A DNA stretch of 64,000 nucleotides from Candidatus Woesearchaeota archaeon (GCA_964530945.1 CAZHCJ010000001.1:66140-130139); one strand, 5' to 3'; shown: positions 26,818 through 36,773, counted from the first letter of the stretch. Translations and numbers: made by a program. Notes: generated by a model from the letters alone, not told the origin.

Positions 26818-29346
26818 TTAAAGTTCATCCACAACTCCTTTATTTGAAATATGAAAAATTGCTTGGTTATCTGGTAAATTAGGGCTATCTATCAGTTTTG
26901 CGACTCTTGATTCTTTCTTTCCACGTCGTAAATATATACGGTAGGTTGAATTATGTACGACAAAACCATTAGCAACATAATTTTCTGTTGATGGAACAGA
27001 GAAGTCAAAAAAAGGTTCTTTATTTTTATTGGTTCTAGTATTTATTTTTCTTATTTTCTCAAATCTCAAATTAGAATCAAGTAATTTAAAAATAAAATCT
27101 ACTTTTTGTTTTACTTGTCTATCTTTTATTTCTGTATTCATGAGTGCCTTATGAGCTTTTCTTAGTTCTCTTTTATTAATCCACTTATAACCACTTGGTC
27201 TTGGCCTAATAATTTTTGATGGTTTTAATCCTGCATTTTTAAGCAAATCCCAAACATTTTTTCTTTTAATAGGCATCATTTCTTTAGTGTAAGTTTTTTC
27301 ATAATGTTTAACCCATTTTAATAGCCTCTCTTGTTTATCTTTTGCACTAAACCCTATTTGTATAAACTTAACAACATCCCTATCCCTTATTGAAACATTA
27401 GAAATCTTTTTTCTGCCCACATCTAACCTTAAAAAACTTCTTATTCCAAATCTTAATAAAAATAATTGGATGTACCTCAATATTCTTTTTTCTTTCTGTG
27501 AAACACTTATTTTTGGTCTTTTGACATTAATATGTCCCTCTGCATCAACAAATCCTTTGATAAATCCTTTGATAACCTTTTTTTCAGATTTTGAGATTAT
27601 CTCGAAAATTTCTGGCAAAATCAATGAAAAAAAATCCTTTATCTCTTTTGAATTAATATTTAATGTGAAGCAGTTTTTATTCTTCATTTTGCTTATTTTT
27701 CCTTCCACTCCAAAAACTTCATTAAATAAATTATTGTAAATGTTTAAAACATCTTTTCTTTCATCCCTAAATCTTACTCCTCTTTTTTCAAAGTTTCCGT
27801 CTCCAAGAAAATAACCGCAAATTTGACCTAAATTCTGACCCATAAATTCAGGCATCATTAAATTTTTATGTTTGTATGTATAAACAGGAATAACTTGCAA
27901 ACTTTGTTTTCCTGAAAGATGCTGGCTTAATCTATCAAATACTTCTAAATTCGAGGGATAAGATTGGTTTAATACTCTTCTGAATTGTCTCTGAGAAATT
28001 CCTATTTTTTTACATATTTCTTTTCTTGTAATATTTTCCTCTTTTAATTTATCTGAGATTAATTTTCCTTCTTCAGCAGAAATTTTTCCGATTCTTTTAA
28101 CATTAACCATGGGAAGCCTTTGTTTTCTCCCTTGAACCTCTATTTTGCTTGCATGAGCAATAAAATCTCCTTTTTTTAGGTTTTTTGCTTCTTTTTCAGT
28201 TATAGAAAAATTTTCTGATGTGAAAAATCTATGCAAACCAGAACACTTTATTATATTTGTAGTTTGGATCTCATAGGTTTCATTTACATTAGGATTAACA
28301 AAAACCTTTTCTGAATCTGAGCTAGTTAATTTCATACTTGAAAAATCGCTTGAAAAAACTTTTTCTTGCCTCATATCTTTTATCTCTTTAATTCTTCCAT
28401 CAGACATTTGAATCAAACTATCTCCTGTTAAACAGGCATGCCCGACAATATTCCCTCCTATAGGCGTAGTAGGGTCTCCAAAAAGTTGGGCCGGATTTGC
28501 CATTACTTGGTTTGTCACATAAACTGCAAGATTATGAGTTTCTGCCAACTCCATAAGTTTGTGGATATACCTGTTTAACCTTTGTTGTCTATCTGCAAGC
28601 TGTCCTCGACCAGAATACTCTGCACGAAAATGCGCCGTTAAAGAATCAATTATCATCAACTTTATGGGTTCTCCTTCTTTAATCATCTCAGAAACTTTTT
28701 CCAATAATAAAACTTGATGGTCCGAGTTAAAGGCACGAGCAACAAAAATATTTTTCAAAACTTTTTCAGGGTTTGCACCTATCCCTTCAGCAATCTGCTT
28801 AATCCTTGCAGGCCTAAACGTACCTTCAGTGTCTATGAAAACACATTTCCCATTTGCACCTCCTTTATCTTTAGGCAATTGAACATTCACCGCAAGAGTC
28901 AAACCTAACTGAGTTTTTCCTGAACCATAGGTTCCAAAAGCCTCTGTTATCGACCTGCTTTCCACACCCTTTCCTCCCAAGAGATTGTCAAAATTATCAC
29001 TTCCTGTTTTAATGTAATGGACGCTCTCTCTTTTTTTAGCATAAGCAGTTCCTTCCATAAAACCTAAATCAAGCATTTCCCTTGCTTTAGTAATTGCCTT
29101 GCGCGCAACACTCGTACTCACTCCTGCAGCATCAGAGATATCTGCCGGACTACGGGTAGCAAGCGCCATCAAATCAAATATCCCTGCATTTTCTAATTTA
29201 GATGAAACAGCAGGACCAATTCCAGGCAAATCTGTCAACTCATAACTTTCAACTTTTTCTTTAGCCTCTTCAGAAACCGCTTTTTTTATCTCTTCAGCAT
29301 CTTTTTTGTCTTCATCGCCGTCATTATCTTCTTTCTTTGCAACCAT
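26818..29346 (-). CDS. radA: DNA repair and recombination protein RadA, interrupted by an intein
   Basis: HhH N-domain; Walker A GTYGSGKTQ; the L2-region sequence GGNIVGHA then a 495-aa insert then STYRIYLRRGKK...LIDSPNLPDNQAIF. Confidence 0.9.
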   Translation of the reverse strand: MVAKKEDNDGDEDKKDAEEIKKAVSEEAKEKVESYELTDLPGIGPAVSSKLENAGIFDLMALATRSPADISDAAGVSTSVARKAITKAREMLDLGFMEGTAYAKKRESVHYIKTGSDNFDNLLGGKGVESRSITEAFGTYGSGKTQLGLTLAVNVQLPKDKGGANGKCVFIDTEGTFRPARIKQIAEGIGANPEKVLKNIFVARAFNSDHQVLLLEKVSEMIKEGEPIKLMIIDSLTAHFRAEYSGRGQLADRQQRLNRYIHKLMELAETHNLAVYVTNQVMANPAQLFGDPTTPIGGNIVGHACLTGDSLIQMSDGRIKEIKDMRQEKVFSSDFSSMKLTSSDSEKVFVNPNVNETYEIQTTNIIKCSGLHRFFTSENFSITEKEAKNLKKGDFIAHASKIEVQGRKQRLPMVNVKRIGKISAEEGKLISDKLKEENITRKEICKKIGISQRQFRRVLNQSYPSNLEVFDRLSQHLSGKQSLQVIPVYTYKHKNLMMPEFMGQNLGQICGYFLGDGNFEKRGVRFRDERKDVLNIYNNLFNEVFGVEGKISKMKNKNCFTLNINSKEIKDFFSLILPEIFEIISKSEKKVIKGFIKGFVDAEGHINVKRPKISVSQKEKRILRYIQLFLLRFGIRSFLRLDVGRKKISNVSIRDRDVVKFIQIGFSAKDKQERLLKWVKHYEKTYTKEMMPIKRKNVWDLLKNAGLKPSKIIRPRPSGYKWINKRELRKAHKALMNTEIKDRQVKQKVDFIFKLLDSNLRFEKIRKINTRTNKNKEPFFDFSVPSTENYVANGFVVHNSTYRIYLRRGKKESRVAKLIDSPNLPDNQAIFHISNKGVVDEL
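26950..28434 (-). mobile_element. intein (495 aa) with LAGLIDADG homing-endonuclease domain inside radA
   Basis: Starts with Cys (CLTGDSLI) and ends VVHN followed by extein Ser. Internal LGDG and VDAEG dodecapeptide motifs and an HTH-like segment. Boundaries were checked codon by codon. Confidence 0.8.
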
Positions 29347-29500
29347 ACTTCACTCAATTTGTTCGTGTTTATAAAGATTATTTCACTCATAGATATACCT
29401 CGTAAAACATTTATAAAAACAGAGCGAAACCCCGTATTATAATACTCAAGACACAACCTTCCAAATTCCTCTATTCTCAAAGAACATGTTCTTTAAAAAA

Positions 29501-30439
29501 TTATTTCTCCAAACCAGTTATCAAAGCGTCCAAATCAAGAGGCTTTACTTTGTCTACAATAATCTCAGGGGTATTGAAATAAGAGTTGTTGCGAACATTT
29601 CCTGAGAAAACCATCTCTTTCCCTAGAAGTTCTTCTTTCTCCTTCGTTAAATCTTCTGCATCAAGATTTATTCCTAACTCTGAAATGCGTTCGTGAAACA
29701 AGACCGCCCTAATGTTATCTGTGCCATCATCAACAATTATATTTGCTACTGCCCTACGTTCGGCGGCCACTTTTCCGTGTTCCTTACAAACAAATCCTCC
29801 ATCTCCTTCTTGATTCGCTTTTTTATTGCACTCTGGACAAACATGAAAAAACCTTGGTTCAAAAGCCTGAACAATGAACCCTCTTACGCCTACACTCTCT
29901 CCAACTTTCAATTCTTCAATAGGTTTTTTGTGAATTACTTTTTCTTCTTTAACTTTCTCAAAACTCTTATCGCTTGGCTTTAATTCGGAAAAGCTGCCTA
30001 AATGAAGTTCTTGGCCACGCATTGAACCGTTTGAAATTTCAATCACAGACCCTTCACTTATCTCATTCTTTTCCAACAAAGAAATCAGGTTTGTGTCCCA
30101 AATCACGACTTTAACATTGGAGGTATCGTCTGCAAGCAACAAATTTACAACTTTACTTTCTTCACCTTTTTTTGTTTGGAATGTCCTTATTGGAGAAACG
30201 GAAATTATCTTCCCGAGCGTATTGACTTTTCTCATGCCTGGCAAAAGTTCTTCTATTTTCAGCACTTCATCGTCAAAATTTATTCCTAACTCGGCCGCCA
30301 CAACTTGGGCCGCGCCTTCTTTACTAATCAAACCAGAAAGCTTGGCTCTTTTCGCTTCAACTTTTCTCTCAATTTCCTCTTTACTCGTATTTGAAGCATT
30401 TGCAATTTTTTCTAAAATTCTTTCATAATTCCCTTTCAT
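29501..30439 (-). CDS. rpa: replication protein A (ssDNA-binding, OB folds plus zinc ribbon)
   Basis: N-terminal domain, OB-fold regions, and a CPECNKK....CKEHG zinc motif typical of archaeal RPA. Adjacent to radA. Confidence 0.65.
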   Translation of the reverse strand: MKGNYERILEKIANASNTSKEEIERKVEAKRAKLSGLISKEGAAQVVAAELGINFDDEVLKIEELLPGMRKVNTLGKIISVSPIRTFQTKKGEESKVVNLLLADDTSNVKVVIWDTNLISLLEKNEISEGSVIEISNGSMRGQELHLGSFSELKPSDKSFEKVKEEKVIHKKPIEELKVGESVGVRGFIVQAFEPRFFHVCPECNKKANQEGDGGFVCKEHGKVAAERRAVANIIVDDGTDNIRAVLFHERISELGINLDAEDLTKEKEELLGKEMVFSGNVRNNSYFNTPEIIVDKVKPLDLDALITGLEK

Positions 30440-30551
30440 GTCATAAAAAAATTGAATTTCTTTTTAAGTATTGTTGTTAATTTAAGGATGAATACTTTTT
30501 CAAAAACTCAAGAGAGTAAAAACTTATAAACCCTCTAAAACAAATTTATCT

Positions 30552-30821
30552 ATGGGAAGCGCACTTGTTAAGTTCAAAATAATGCCCTCTTCTGCAGAGG
30601 CGAATCTTGAAAACATTAAATCTCAAATCAAAAACCTTCTCGAAAAGAATGATGTGAAGGGAATCAATTTTGAAGAAGAGCCCGTAGCTTTTGGTTTAAT
30701 GGCCTTGCTTTTCTCATTTACTTGGCCAGAAGAAAAACCTTTAGAATCTATCCAAGAAAGTTTCGAAAACGTTGAAGATGTAAATTCTGTTCAACTTCTT
30801 GATATACGACGCGCAGTATAA
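30552..30821 (+). CDS. ef1b: elongation factor 1-beta
   Basis: 89 aa with KIMP.S...L, PVAFGL and VNSVQLLDIRR matching aEF-1beta. Confidence 0.75.
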   Translation: MGSALVKFKIMPSSAEANLENIKSQIKNLLEKNDVKGINFEEEPVAFGLMALLFSFTWPEEKPLESIQESFENVEDVNSVQLLDIRRAV

Positions 30822-30827
30822 TTCAAA

Positions 30828-31472
30828 ATGGTCCTCACAGAAGAACAAGTAAAACAAATCAAAAAACAACTTATTTCTCAAATTGAAGCAGGTTTTCCGG
30901 ATGATAGAAAAGACTATGCCAAAAATCAAGTAGAACAAATGAATTCTACCCAATTAGAACAATTTTTAGAGCAAAATAATCTTTCACCCCAACAAACTTC
31001 CGACCAAGGAAAATGTATTTTTTGTTTGATTTCCAAAGAAGAAATTCCCAGTTACAGAATCGGTGAAAATGAAAAGGCTATCGCAGTATTAGATATTCGC
31101 CCGGCATCTTATGGCCACACTTTAATCATTCCTCGAAACCACATATCCTCTGAAAAGAAACTTCCAAAAGAAGCAAAAGCTCTTGCAGACCAAATATCAA
31201 AAAGAATTAAAGAAAAACTCAAACCAGAAAGTGTGGAGATAAAAAACACAAATTTTTTCGGCCATGAAACGATAAACATCGTGCCACACTACAAAAACGA
31301 AACCACTAAACCTTTGGGAGAGCAAAGAGAAGAGGCAGAGGAAGGACAACTCCAAGCTCTTCAGAAAGAATTAAAAAAATCTTTAAAAACACAGCCCTCA
31401 AAAAAACAGCCCAAAACTAAAAAACAGAAAAAACCTGAAAAACCCTTAAAAGCCCCGAGAAGAATCCCTTAA
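30828..31472 (+). CDS. HIT-like domain protein with degenerate triad and Lys-rich tail
   Basis: HIT N-terminal pattern CIFCLI...AVLDI.P.S.GHTLIIPRNH, but HxHxH is replaced by GHETINIVPHY. Lys/Pro-rich C-terminus. Confidence 0.45.
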   Translation: MVLTEEQVKQIKKQLISQIEAGFPDDRKDYAKNQVEQMNSTQLEQFLEQNNLSPQQTSDQGKCIFCLISKEEIPSYRIGENEKAIAVLDIRPASYGHTLIIPRNHISSEKKLPKEAKALADQISKRIKEKLKPESVEIKNTNFFGHETINIVPHYKNETTKPLGEQREEAEEGQLQALQKELKKSLKTQPSKKQPKTKKQKKPEKPLKAPRRIP

Positions 31473-32302
31473 ATCAATATCAAAACAAAATAAAAAATAT
31501 ATCCCATCAAAAAAACCAGACCGAAAGGAACTCCTTCCCTGATTTTGACTTTTTTTCCACGATAATTTTCTTTTAAAATTTTTATCTCTTGTTTACTTAA
31601 CCCCTCCCACTTTGCCTTAATCTCTTTTCCTTGAACATTAACAGTTTCATATAACCAATCCCCCTCTCTTAACCTTCCCACTGAAACCTTCCTAATCATG
31701 GAACTTTCATCCACTGCTTTAGAATAAACATAAATCCATGGCAAAACAAAAATCAAAAATGCAAATGCGAAATAGGTTATTTCAGAAGAAACCATCCCTA
31801 AAAAAGCTAAGATTATTGCGAAAACCAAAGGCACCGTATGAACATTTTTATATTTTTGAAATTGTTTAGAAAATTCTCTTTTGAATTTTTTAATATTCTT
31901 AAAAGAGATATATGCGCTTGTTAACAAGGTATAAATCCCTCCGATGATTAAAAAAACCAACAAAAAAAGAAGTAATGTTTCAATATTGCCTAAAAAACTA
32001 TTCCTTATAGAAACTATTGGGCCTAAAGCAATGAGCAACTTCGCGTCACCTCCTGCAAAAAGCCTACCATAATAAAAAACATTTCCCAAAACAAAAAAAA
32101 CCGCCAATCCAAAAAGTCCTTGGTATAAAAAATTGAATCCTGACCCCATAGAAAATAAATCGTGAAAAAACCTATATCCGAGAGCAAAGACAATCAAAGA
32201 AAAATTTAACCAATCCGAAATTTCTCTTGTCTTAAAATCTTGAAAAGTTGCAAACACCACCCCTATCAAACCCAGAAACACTAAAAAAATTATATCTTCC
32301 AT
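31469..32302 (-). CDS. A24-family prepilin/preflagellin peptidase (FlaK/PibD-like)
   Basis: Catalytic Asp motifs (FKTREISD and GGDAKLL), polytopic membrane protein. Confidence 0.75.
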   Translation of the reverse strand: MEDIIFLVFLGLIGVVFATFQDFKTREISDWLNFSLIVFALGYRFFHDLFSMGSGFNFLYQGLFGLAVFFVLGNVFYYGRLFAGGDAKLLIALGPIVSIRNSFLGNIETLLLFLLVFLIIGGIYTLLTSAYISFKNIKKFKREFSKQFQKYKNVHTVPLVFAIILAFLGMVSSEITYFAFAFLIFVLPWIYVYSKAVDESSMIRKVSVGRLREGDWLYETVNVQGKEIKAKWEGLSKQEIKILKENYRGKKVKIREGVPFGLVFLMGYIFYFVLILI

Positions 32303-32525
32303 TTATTTATTCTTTTTTGACTTTTTCTTCTCTTTCTTTTCCTTCTTAGCTTCTTTTTCTTCTGACTTCAAAGTACGCTTACCTCCTCCCTTACGGTAAG
32401 GAAATTTCTTGTTGCGTTTTTTCTTTTCTTTCCTACTTCTACGTTTTTGAGGGTATCCATAATCCATTTTAATATTCACAAAAATCATAAGTAAAACTAA
32501 TTTAAAAAACTTAAGAAAGATTAAA

Positions 32526-32957
32526 TTAAGAAGTTGTTTCTTTGCCTGCAGCCTTCAAAAGACCTGGGCACTCTGACGTTAATGCAGGACACTCATCCAA
32601 TCCATACTGAGCTTGTTGAGATATCACAAAACAAGAGTCAACAGTGTATTTCGTATTGGGAACATCTACCTCTTCTCCATCAATTACTAGATTTCTCTCT
32701 TTTACACAATAATCATAAGCACTATTCGTGCTACATGCCACATTACAACTCGCCTCAATTGTCCCTAAATTACTATCGCTTGAAATCCATGGAGCTATTC
32801 TTTCCCAACCCATTGTAAATCCAAGGACTAAAACAACTAAAACAACCACTGCGAGAACAATAAGTACTATTGCGCTAGTACTCAATCCTTGACCTCTTTT
32901 ACCTTTCATTAAAAACATATAGATAATTTTCTTTATAAACTTTTCTTGTTTCTTCAA
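32526..32957 (-). CDS. type IV pilin-like protein (class III signal peptide KGKRG|QGLSTSAIVLIV)
   Basis: Basic residues then G|Q cleavage motif followed by a ~20-aa hydrophobic helix; Cys-rich globular part. Confidence 0.6.
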   Translation of the reverse strand: MKKQEKFIKKIIYMFLMKGKRGQGLSTSAIVLIVLAVVVLVVLVLGFTMGWERIAPWISSDSNLGTIEASCNVACSTNSAYDYCVKERNLVIDGEEVDVPNTKYTVDSCFVISQQAQYGLDECPALTSECPGLLKAAGKETTS

Positions 32958-33268
32958 GGAACTTTGTAAATTACGCTTATCTCACCTTTTTCCAAAAAAA
33001 GATGTTTTCCATGGGCATCACTTTCTCTAAAACCTTCAATAGAGTTTTTTGCTTCCAAATCATTCCTATTTAAAACATCTCGGTAAAAATCTAGTTTTTC
33101 TTTCTCAAGCTTTGCTTTTTCAATAATAGATATATCCGAAATTTTATCGCTTACTGCCTTCCCTCCAAGATAAAAACTAAATATCATCAAACCACAAATT
33201 AACAAAACCCCTAGTACAAGAATCGTTACCGGAATGTTTCCTTTTTGATTTCTTAAGAGTTTATTCAT
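32954..33268 (-). CDS. type IV pilin-like protein (RNQKG|NIPVTILVLGVLLI)
   Basis: Class III signal-peptide pattern; 104 aa. Confidence 0.55.
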   Translation of the reverse strand: MNKLLRNQKGNIPVTILVLGVLLICGLMIFSFYLGGKAVSDKISDISIIEKAKLEKEKLDFYRDVLNRNDLEAKNSIEGFRESDAHGKHLFLEKGEISVIYKVP

Positions 33269-33271
33269 TTT

Positions 33272-33760
33272 TTAAGTGTTCTCCAAAGGAGAGTGATCAT
33301 CTTCTTTAAAGATGAGTAATCTTATTATTTTTTCAGCCAATTGAACCCTTTCTCCCACGACATTTAATACAGGAACATTTTCAATTATAGGATTTGTCGA
33401 AGCAAATCTCGGGCTCTTCCCAAAATGTTCATTATCTTCTCCAAGAAAACCTATCCAAACTTGGTTAGAATAACTTTCAAAAATCTTTTCTGCTAACAAA
33501 CCCCCGCTGTTTTCATTCAAAACCCCTTCAATATTTATTCGCTCATAAACCCTGTTACCTGTTTCATCTTGCGTTTCAAGCCAAGCAAAAAAACTCTTCG
33601 AAGCATAAGTATCTTTATCCTGTCTAACATTTACCTTTTTATTGTCAAAAAAATTTCCTGAAACAAAAATTGTTACAAATAACATAACAATAATTATCAC
33701 TGTAGCAACTATCCAGGTTAAAGTGCTTCCGACTTGTCCTTTCCTAAATTTATTGAACAT
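33272..33760 (-). CDS. type IV pilin-like protein (FRKG|QVGSTLTWIVATVIII)
   Basis: Class III signal-peptide pattern; 162 aa. Confidence 0.6.
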   Translation of the reverse strand: MFNKFRKGQVGSTLTWIVATVIIIVMLFVTIFVSGNFFDNKKVNVRQDKDTYASKSFFAWLETQDETGNRVYERINIEGVLNENSGGLLAEKIFESYSNQVWIGFLGEDNEHFGKSPRFASTNPIIENVPVLNVVGERVQLAEKIIRLLIFKEDDHSPLENT

Positions 33761-34271
33761 TTTTATCTGTTTTCCTCACAATAGTTAAAACGGTTAACTC
33801 GTACTGATTTCCCTCAGTATCAAGAACATAAAGTTCTCTTCCCAAACAATACGGATTATTTTTCTCTGTATTTCCTTCAACACAAAACCCCTTCAACTGG
33901 GGGTTCCCTCCATTTGCCAAATTCTGAAAATCTTCCGTGTCAAAATTTTTTATGTTGAGCTCAACATAATACTGGCCTCTGTCTTGCCAATCCTTATAAT
34001 CTTCAACTTCAAAGTTCAGATTACAAAGTTCCAAAAAACGCTCATCAAAATCTTCTTCAAAAACAAACGGCTTTAATATTCCTGCGTGTGAAACGCACTC
34101 TGCAACTTTATCTGAAAGTATTTCTGCTTCTACTTCTCGCACATCATAAGGTTGCCCATAAAAACTAGCTGTTGCATAAACAACCCCTGCCGCAACTATA
34201 AAAAGTATTGCAAACCAATAAACCGAAACTAGTTTTTCTCCTCTACTGTTCATCTCCAACCTCTTTTTCAT
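33750..34271 (-). CDS. type IV pilin-like protein (NSRG|EKLVSVYWFAILFIV)
   Basis: Class III signal-peptide pattern; the start may be the internal Met. Confidence 0.5.
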   Translation of the reverse strand: MKKRLEMNSRGEKLVSVYWFAILFIVAAGVVYATASFYGQPYDVREVEAEILSDKVAECVSHAGILKPFVFEEDFDERFLELCNLNFEVEDYKDWQDRGQYYVELNIKNFDTEDFQNLANGGNPQLKGFCVEGNTEKNNPYCLGRELYVLDTEGNQYELTVLTIVRKTDKNVQ

Positions 34272-34656
34272 TTATCACAAAAATGTAACCTTCACTTCCT
34301 GATTCCTTATATGGTTCTAACCCCACACTAACATCATTAAAATAAGAATAAGAATATCCTCTGCTGTCCGAACTCAATTTGACGGTTATGACATTTTTTT
34401 CTTTCAAAATAATTTCATTAGAATCCAACCCATTTTTCTCTGCCTCTTCAAAAGCATCTCCCATCTCCAACTTAAGTTCCATGCCTGGAGAAGCAGAATC
34501 AATCATCAAAGCTATCTGCTTAGCGTGCTCCTCTTCAAGCAACGCCCCTGTGCCTGCACGAGTAAAAACAAATGTCAATAGTATTGCAATAAAAACCAAA
34601 TTTAAAATTAAAAAAATGATGTTCTCCGTCAAAATGTTCCCTCTTTTGCCTTTCAT
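34243..34656 (-). CDS. type IV pilin-like protein (MKGKRG|NILTENIIFLILNLVFIAILL)
   Basis: Class III signal-peptide pattern; 137 aa. Confidence 0.6.
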   Translation of the reverse strand: MKGKRGNILTENIIFLILNLVFIAILLTFVFTRAGTGALLEEEHAKQIALMIDSASPGMELKLEMGDAFEEAEKNGLDSNEIILKEKNVITVKLSSDSRGYSYSYFNDVSVGLEPYKESGSEGYIFVINEKEVGDEQ

Positions 34657-34657
34657 T

Positions 34658-35452
34658 TTATGCTTTTGTTACAAACTCATCGCAACCTATTGCTTCATAG
34701 TTCTCGGGAGTATTTTCAAAAACCATAACTGGAGATAAAAGTTTCTCCGTCTCATCATCTCCGACAGACCTGAAGCTTATGGAAAAACTAGGAAGTTCAA
34801 CAGGAGTTTTGCCCGCGACAGATTGTATTTTTTCCTTTATACTCTCTCCTCCAATAAGCCCTTTATGAAAAGCAGATATGATGACGAAATAAGTTTTCTC
34901 TTCTTCAAAAGAATCTTCAAAGTATCTTTCTTCAATTTGTCCTCCCTTGTAAAAATATTGTAAATATGTCTGAGAACTGGATTTTTGGTTATCCTCTAAA
35001 TAATCATAAAACTCATCATAAGATATCTCTTCTTCAAGATGTCCAAAAGAAACAATGGAGCAAACCGAACAGAGATTTTTATCTGCTAAATTAAACCCTC
35101 TTGTATAGTCTATCTCTCCTTCTCCAAACATCCACCAACACTGTTCCATTTCTTTCGCAAGCGCTTCCATAGACTCCTTTTTTGTATTCGCTTCAACACT
35201 AGAGGTTTCTGAGAAGCCCTCGCAATTACCTCCAATGCAAACATAGTTTGTTTTACAATCAAGATTTCCGCTAGAAAAAAGGTTTTCACTTTTCGCCTTT
35301 AATAAAACCGAGTTTCGGCAAATCTCTGCGTTTGTCGTTTTCCCCAAGTCCAATCTAAAAATTAAAAAAAGGATAACTGAAAAACTCAATATCAAGATTA
35401 TTATTGTTACAATTTGCTTTGTGGTAATCTCTCCTCTTTTTTCGTTCATCAT
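34658..35452 (-). CDS. type IV pilin-like protein (MMNEKRG|EITTKQIVTIIILIL)
   Basis: Class III signal-peptide pattern; 264 aa with a Cys-rich body. Confidence 0.6.
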   Translation of the reverse strand: MMNEKRGEITTKQIVTIIILILSFSVILFLIFRLDLGKTTNAEICRNSVLLKAKSENLFSSGNLDCKTNYVCIGGNCEGFSETSSVEANTKKESMEALAKEMEQCWWMFGEGEIDYTRGFNLADKNLCSVCSIVSFGHLEEEISYDEFYDYLEDNQKSSSQTYLQYFYKGGQIEERYFEDSFEEEKTYFVIISAFHKGLIGGESIKEKIQSVAGKTPVELPSFSISFRSVGDDETEKLLSPVMVFENTPENYEAIGCDEFVTKA

Positions 35453-35550
35453 AAAATACCTAATTGTTTAAACATTAAATAAATTCCTGAAAGCGCTGCT
35501 GCAAAAACCACTATCCAAATTATGTACTTGATAAATTCTTCTAAATCCAT
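35449..35550 (-). CDS. micro membrane protein (33 aa, MDLEEFIKYIIWIVVFAAALSGIYLMFKQLGIL) inside the pilus operon
   Basis: Hand-translated; its stop overlaps the ATG of the downstream pilin gene (ATGA). Confidence 0.3.
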   Translation of the reverse strand: MDLEEFIKYIIWIVVFAAALSGIYLMFKQLGIL

Positions 35551-35948
35551 TATTTCTTTGTTATCCTTTTTTCATCATGATTTATTTCTAAAATAATTGG
35601 AAGATTTTCTAGTTCGACAAATCCTGAGACATCATAATCTGAATTTTTACAAATTCCTTTCTCTTCACAATATCCTTGGTTTAATTTATGGCAAATGCAA
35701 AGTTTTCCTCCTTCTTTATTCTCATCAAGTATCCAATCCTCAGGATTATACACTGCAACTTCTTCAGCACCATTCAATATTTCTGTTATTAAACGCTCCA
35801 ACGTTGCTTCTGCAAACTGTTCATCTTGAGAAGAGCCTTCTGCATTATATAAAGAAAAAAGCAAATAAGCTAAAATCCCTATGCTAATGACTGCAATAAT
35901 CATCTTCAAGGTTTCTTCAGCAAGTAAAAATCCTTTTTTATTTTTCAT
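35550..35948 (-). CDS. type IV pilin-like protein (MKNKKG|FLLAEETLKMIIAVISIGIL)
   Basis: Class III signal-peptide pattern when started at the internal Met. The track ORF extends upstream and overlaps its neighbour. Confidence 0.55.
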   Translation of the reverse strand: MKNKKGFLLAEETLKMIIAVISIGILAYLLFSLYNAEGSSQDEQFAEATLERLITEILNGAEEVAVYNPEDWILDENKEGGKLCICHKLNQGYCEEKGICKNSDYDVSGFVELENLPIILEINHDEKRITKK

Positions 35949-35949
35949 T

Positions 35950-36552
35950 TTATTTAACCAACACATCCCAATGGTCCTCTTCGAGAGCATATAATGCCCC
36001 TGTTTCTGGATTTCTATAAAGCTCTGCATCATCACTTCTCCTCCCTTCATAGTTAAAGTTTGCTTTGATATAATCTGTGGGTCCGTCCGACGCCCAAGAT
36101 CTCAAATCAACCTTATATCCTGTTCCATGACTATATTCTCCTTCCTTATGGCCTTCTTCCGGGTAATCTGTTCCACTAGTAATCACAATCTCACAATCAC
36201 ATTCTTCTTGCAAAATTGCGACCTCTTGTAATGTCTCTTCTCGTGTTCCGTCTAAAGAAACACTAGAATCTTTCAAGATGATCCCCCCAAAACTCTCGAT
36301 GAAATCATAAGGATTGAATGCCGTTTCTTCTACTTCCTCTACTTCTCCGCTCTCCCCGGTTCCTTCTGCATTTGAGTCTAGCGAGAACTCCCCTCCATTC
36401 TCGTCCAAACCAGTTTCAGTTGCAGAAGCTTCACTCGGCCCAAAAAATTCAAAAATATAATTATTAAAGAAAACAGAAACTGTAAAAACCACTATGGCTA
36501 CCACCAACACTCCCAGAATTATTTTTATCAATTGACTTATTGTCAGTTCCAT
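35950..36552 (-). CDS. pilin-like protein with atypical N-terminus (MELTISQLIKIILGVLVVAIVV), acidic body
   Basis: N-terminal hydrophobic helix without a K/R-G motif. Embedded in the pilin gene series, with GGAGGG upstream. Confidence 0.45.
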   Translation of the reverse strand: MELTISQLIKIILGVLVVAIVVFTVSVFFNNYIFEFFGPSEASATETGLDENGGEFSLDSNAEGTGESGEVEEVEETAFNPYDFIESFGGIILKDSSVSLDGTREETLQEVAILQEECDCEIVITSGTDYPEEGHKEGEYSHGTGYKVDLRSWASDGPTDYIKANFNYEGRRSDDAELYRNPETGALYALEEDHWDVLVK

Positions 36553-36553
36553 T

Positions 36554-36721
36554 TTAAGGACGCCCTCCCATAAACAAATTCTTTAGTTGGTCTATGAGTG
36601 AAACACCTTTGCTTTGCAAAATACCTATCGCAATAACAAGTATAACCAAAATTGCCACCGCGATCAAAATCCAAGGCAAATAATCTGCAACAACACCTTT
36701 TTTGTTTAGCCTCTTTTCCAT
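36554..36721 (-). CDS. small pilin-like protein (55 aa, MEKRLNKKG|VVADYLPWILIAVAILVILVIAIGIL)
   Basis: Hand-translated and below the track cutoff; class III signal-peptide pattern. Confidence 0.45.
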   Translation of the reverse strand: MEKRLNKKGVVADYLPWILIAVAILVILVIAIGILQSKGVSLIDQLKNLFMGGRP

Positions 36722-36773
36722 ACTCAAAAATAAAGAAAGAAGTTTAATAAATTTGCTGATTTACTCCTCACAG

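Noticed and set aside
32303-32488. 61-aa extremely Lys/Arg-rich ORF between a pilin gene and the prepilin peptidase
   Set aside because: Its composition is that expected from translating T/C-rich intergenic DNA on the opposite strand. There is no Shine-Dalgarno site. It is likely spurious, although a tiny basic protein cannot be excluded.
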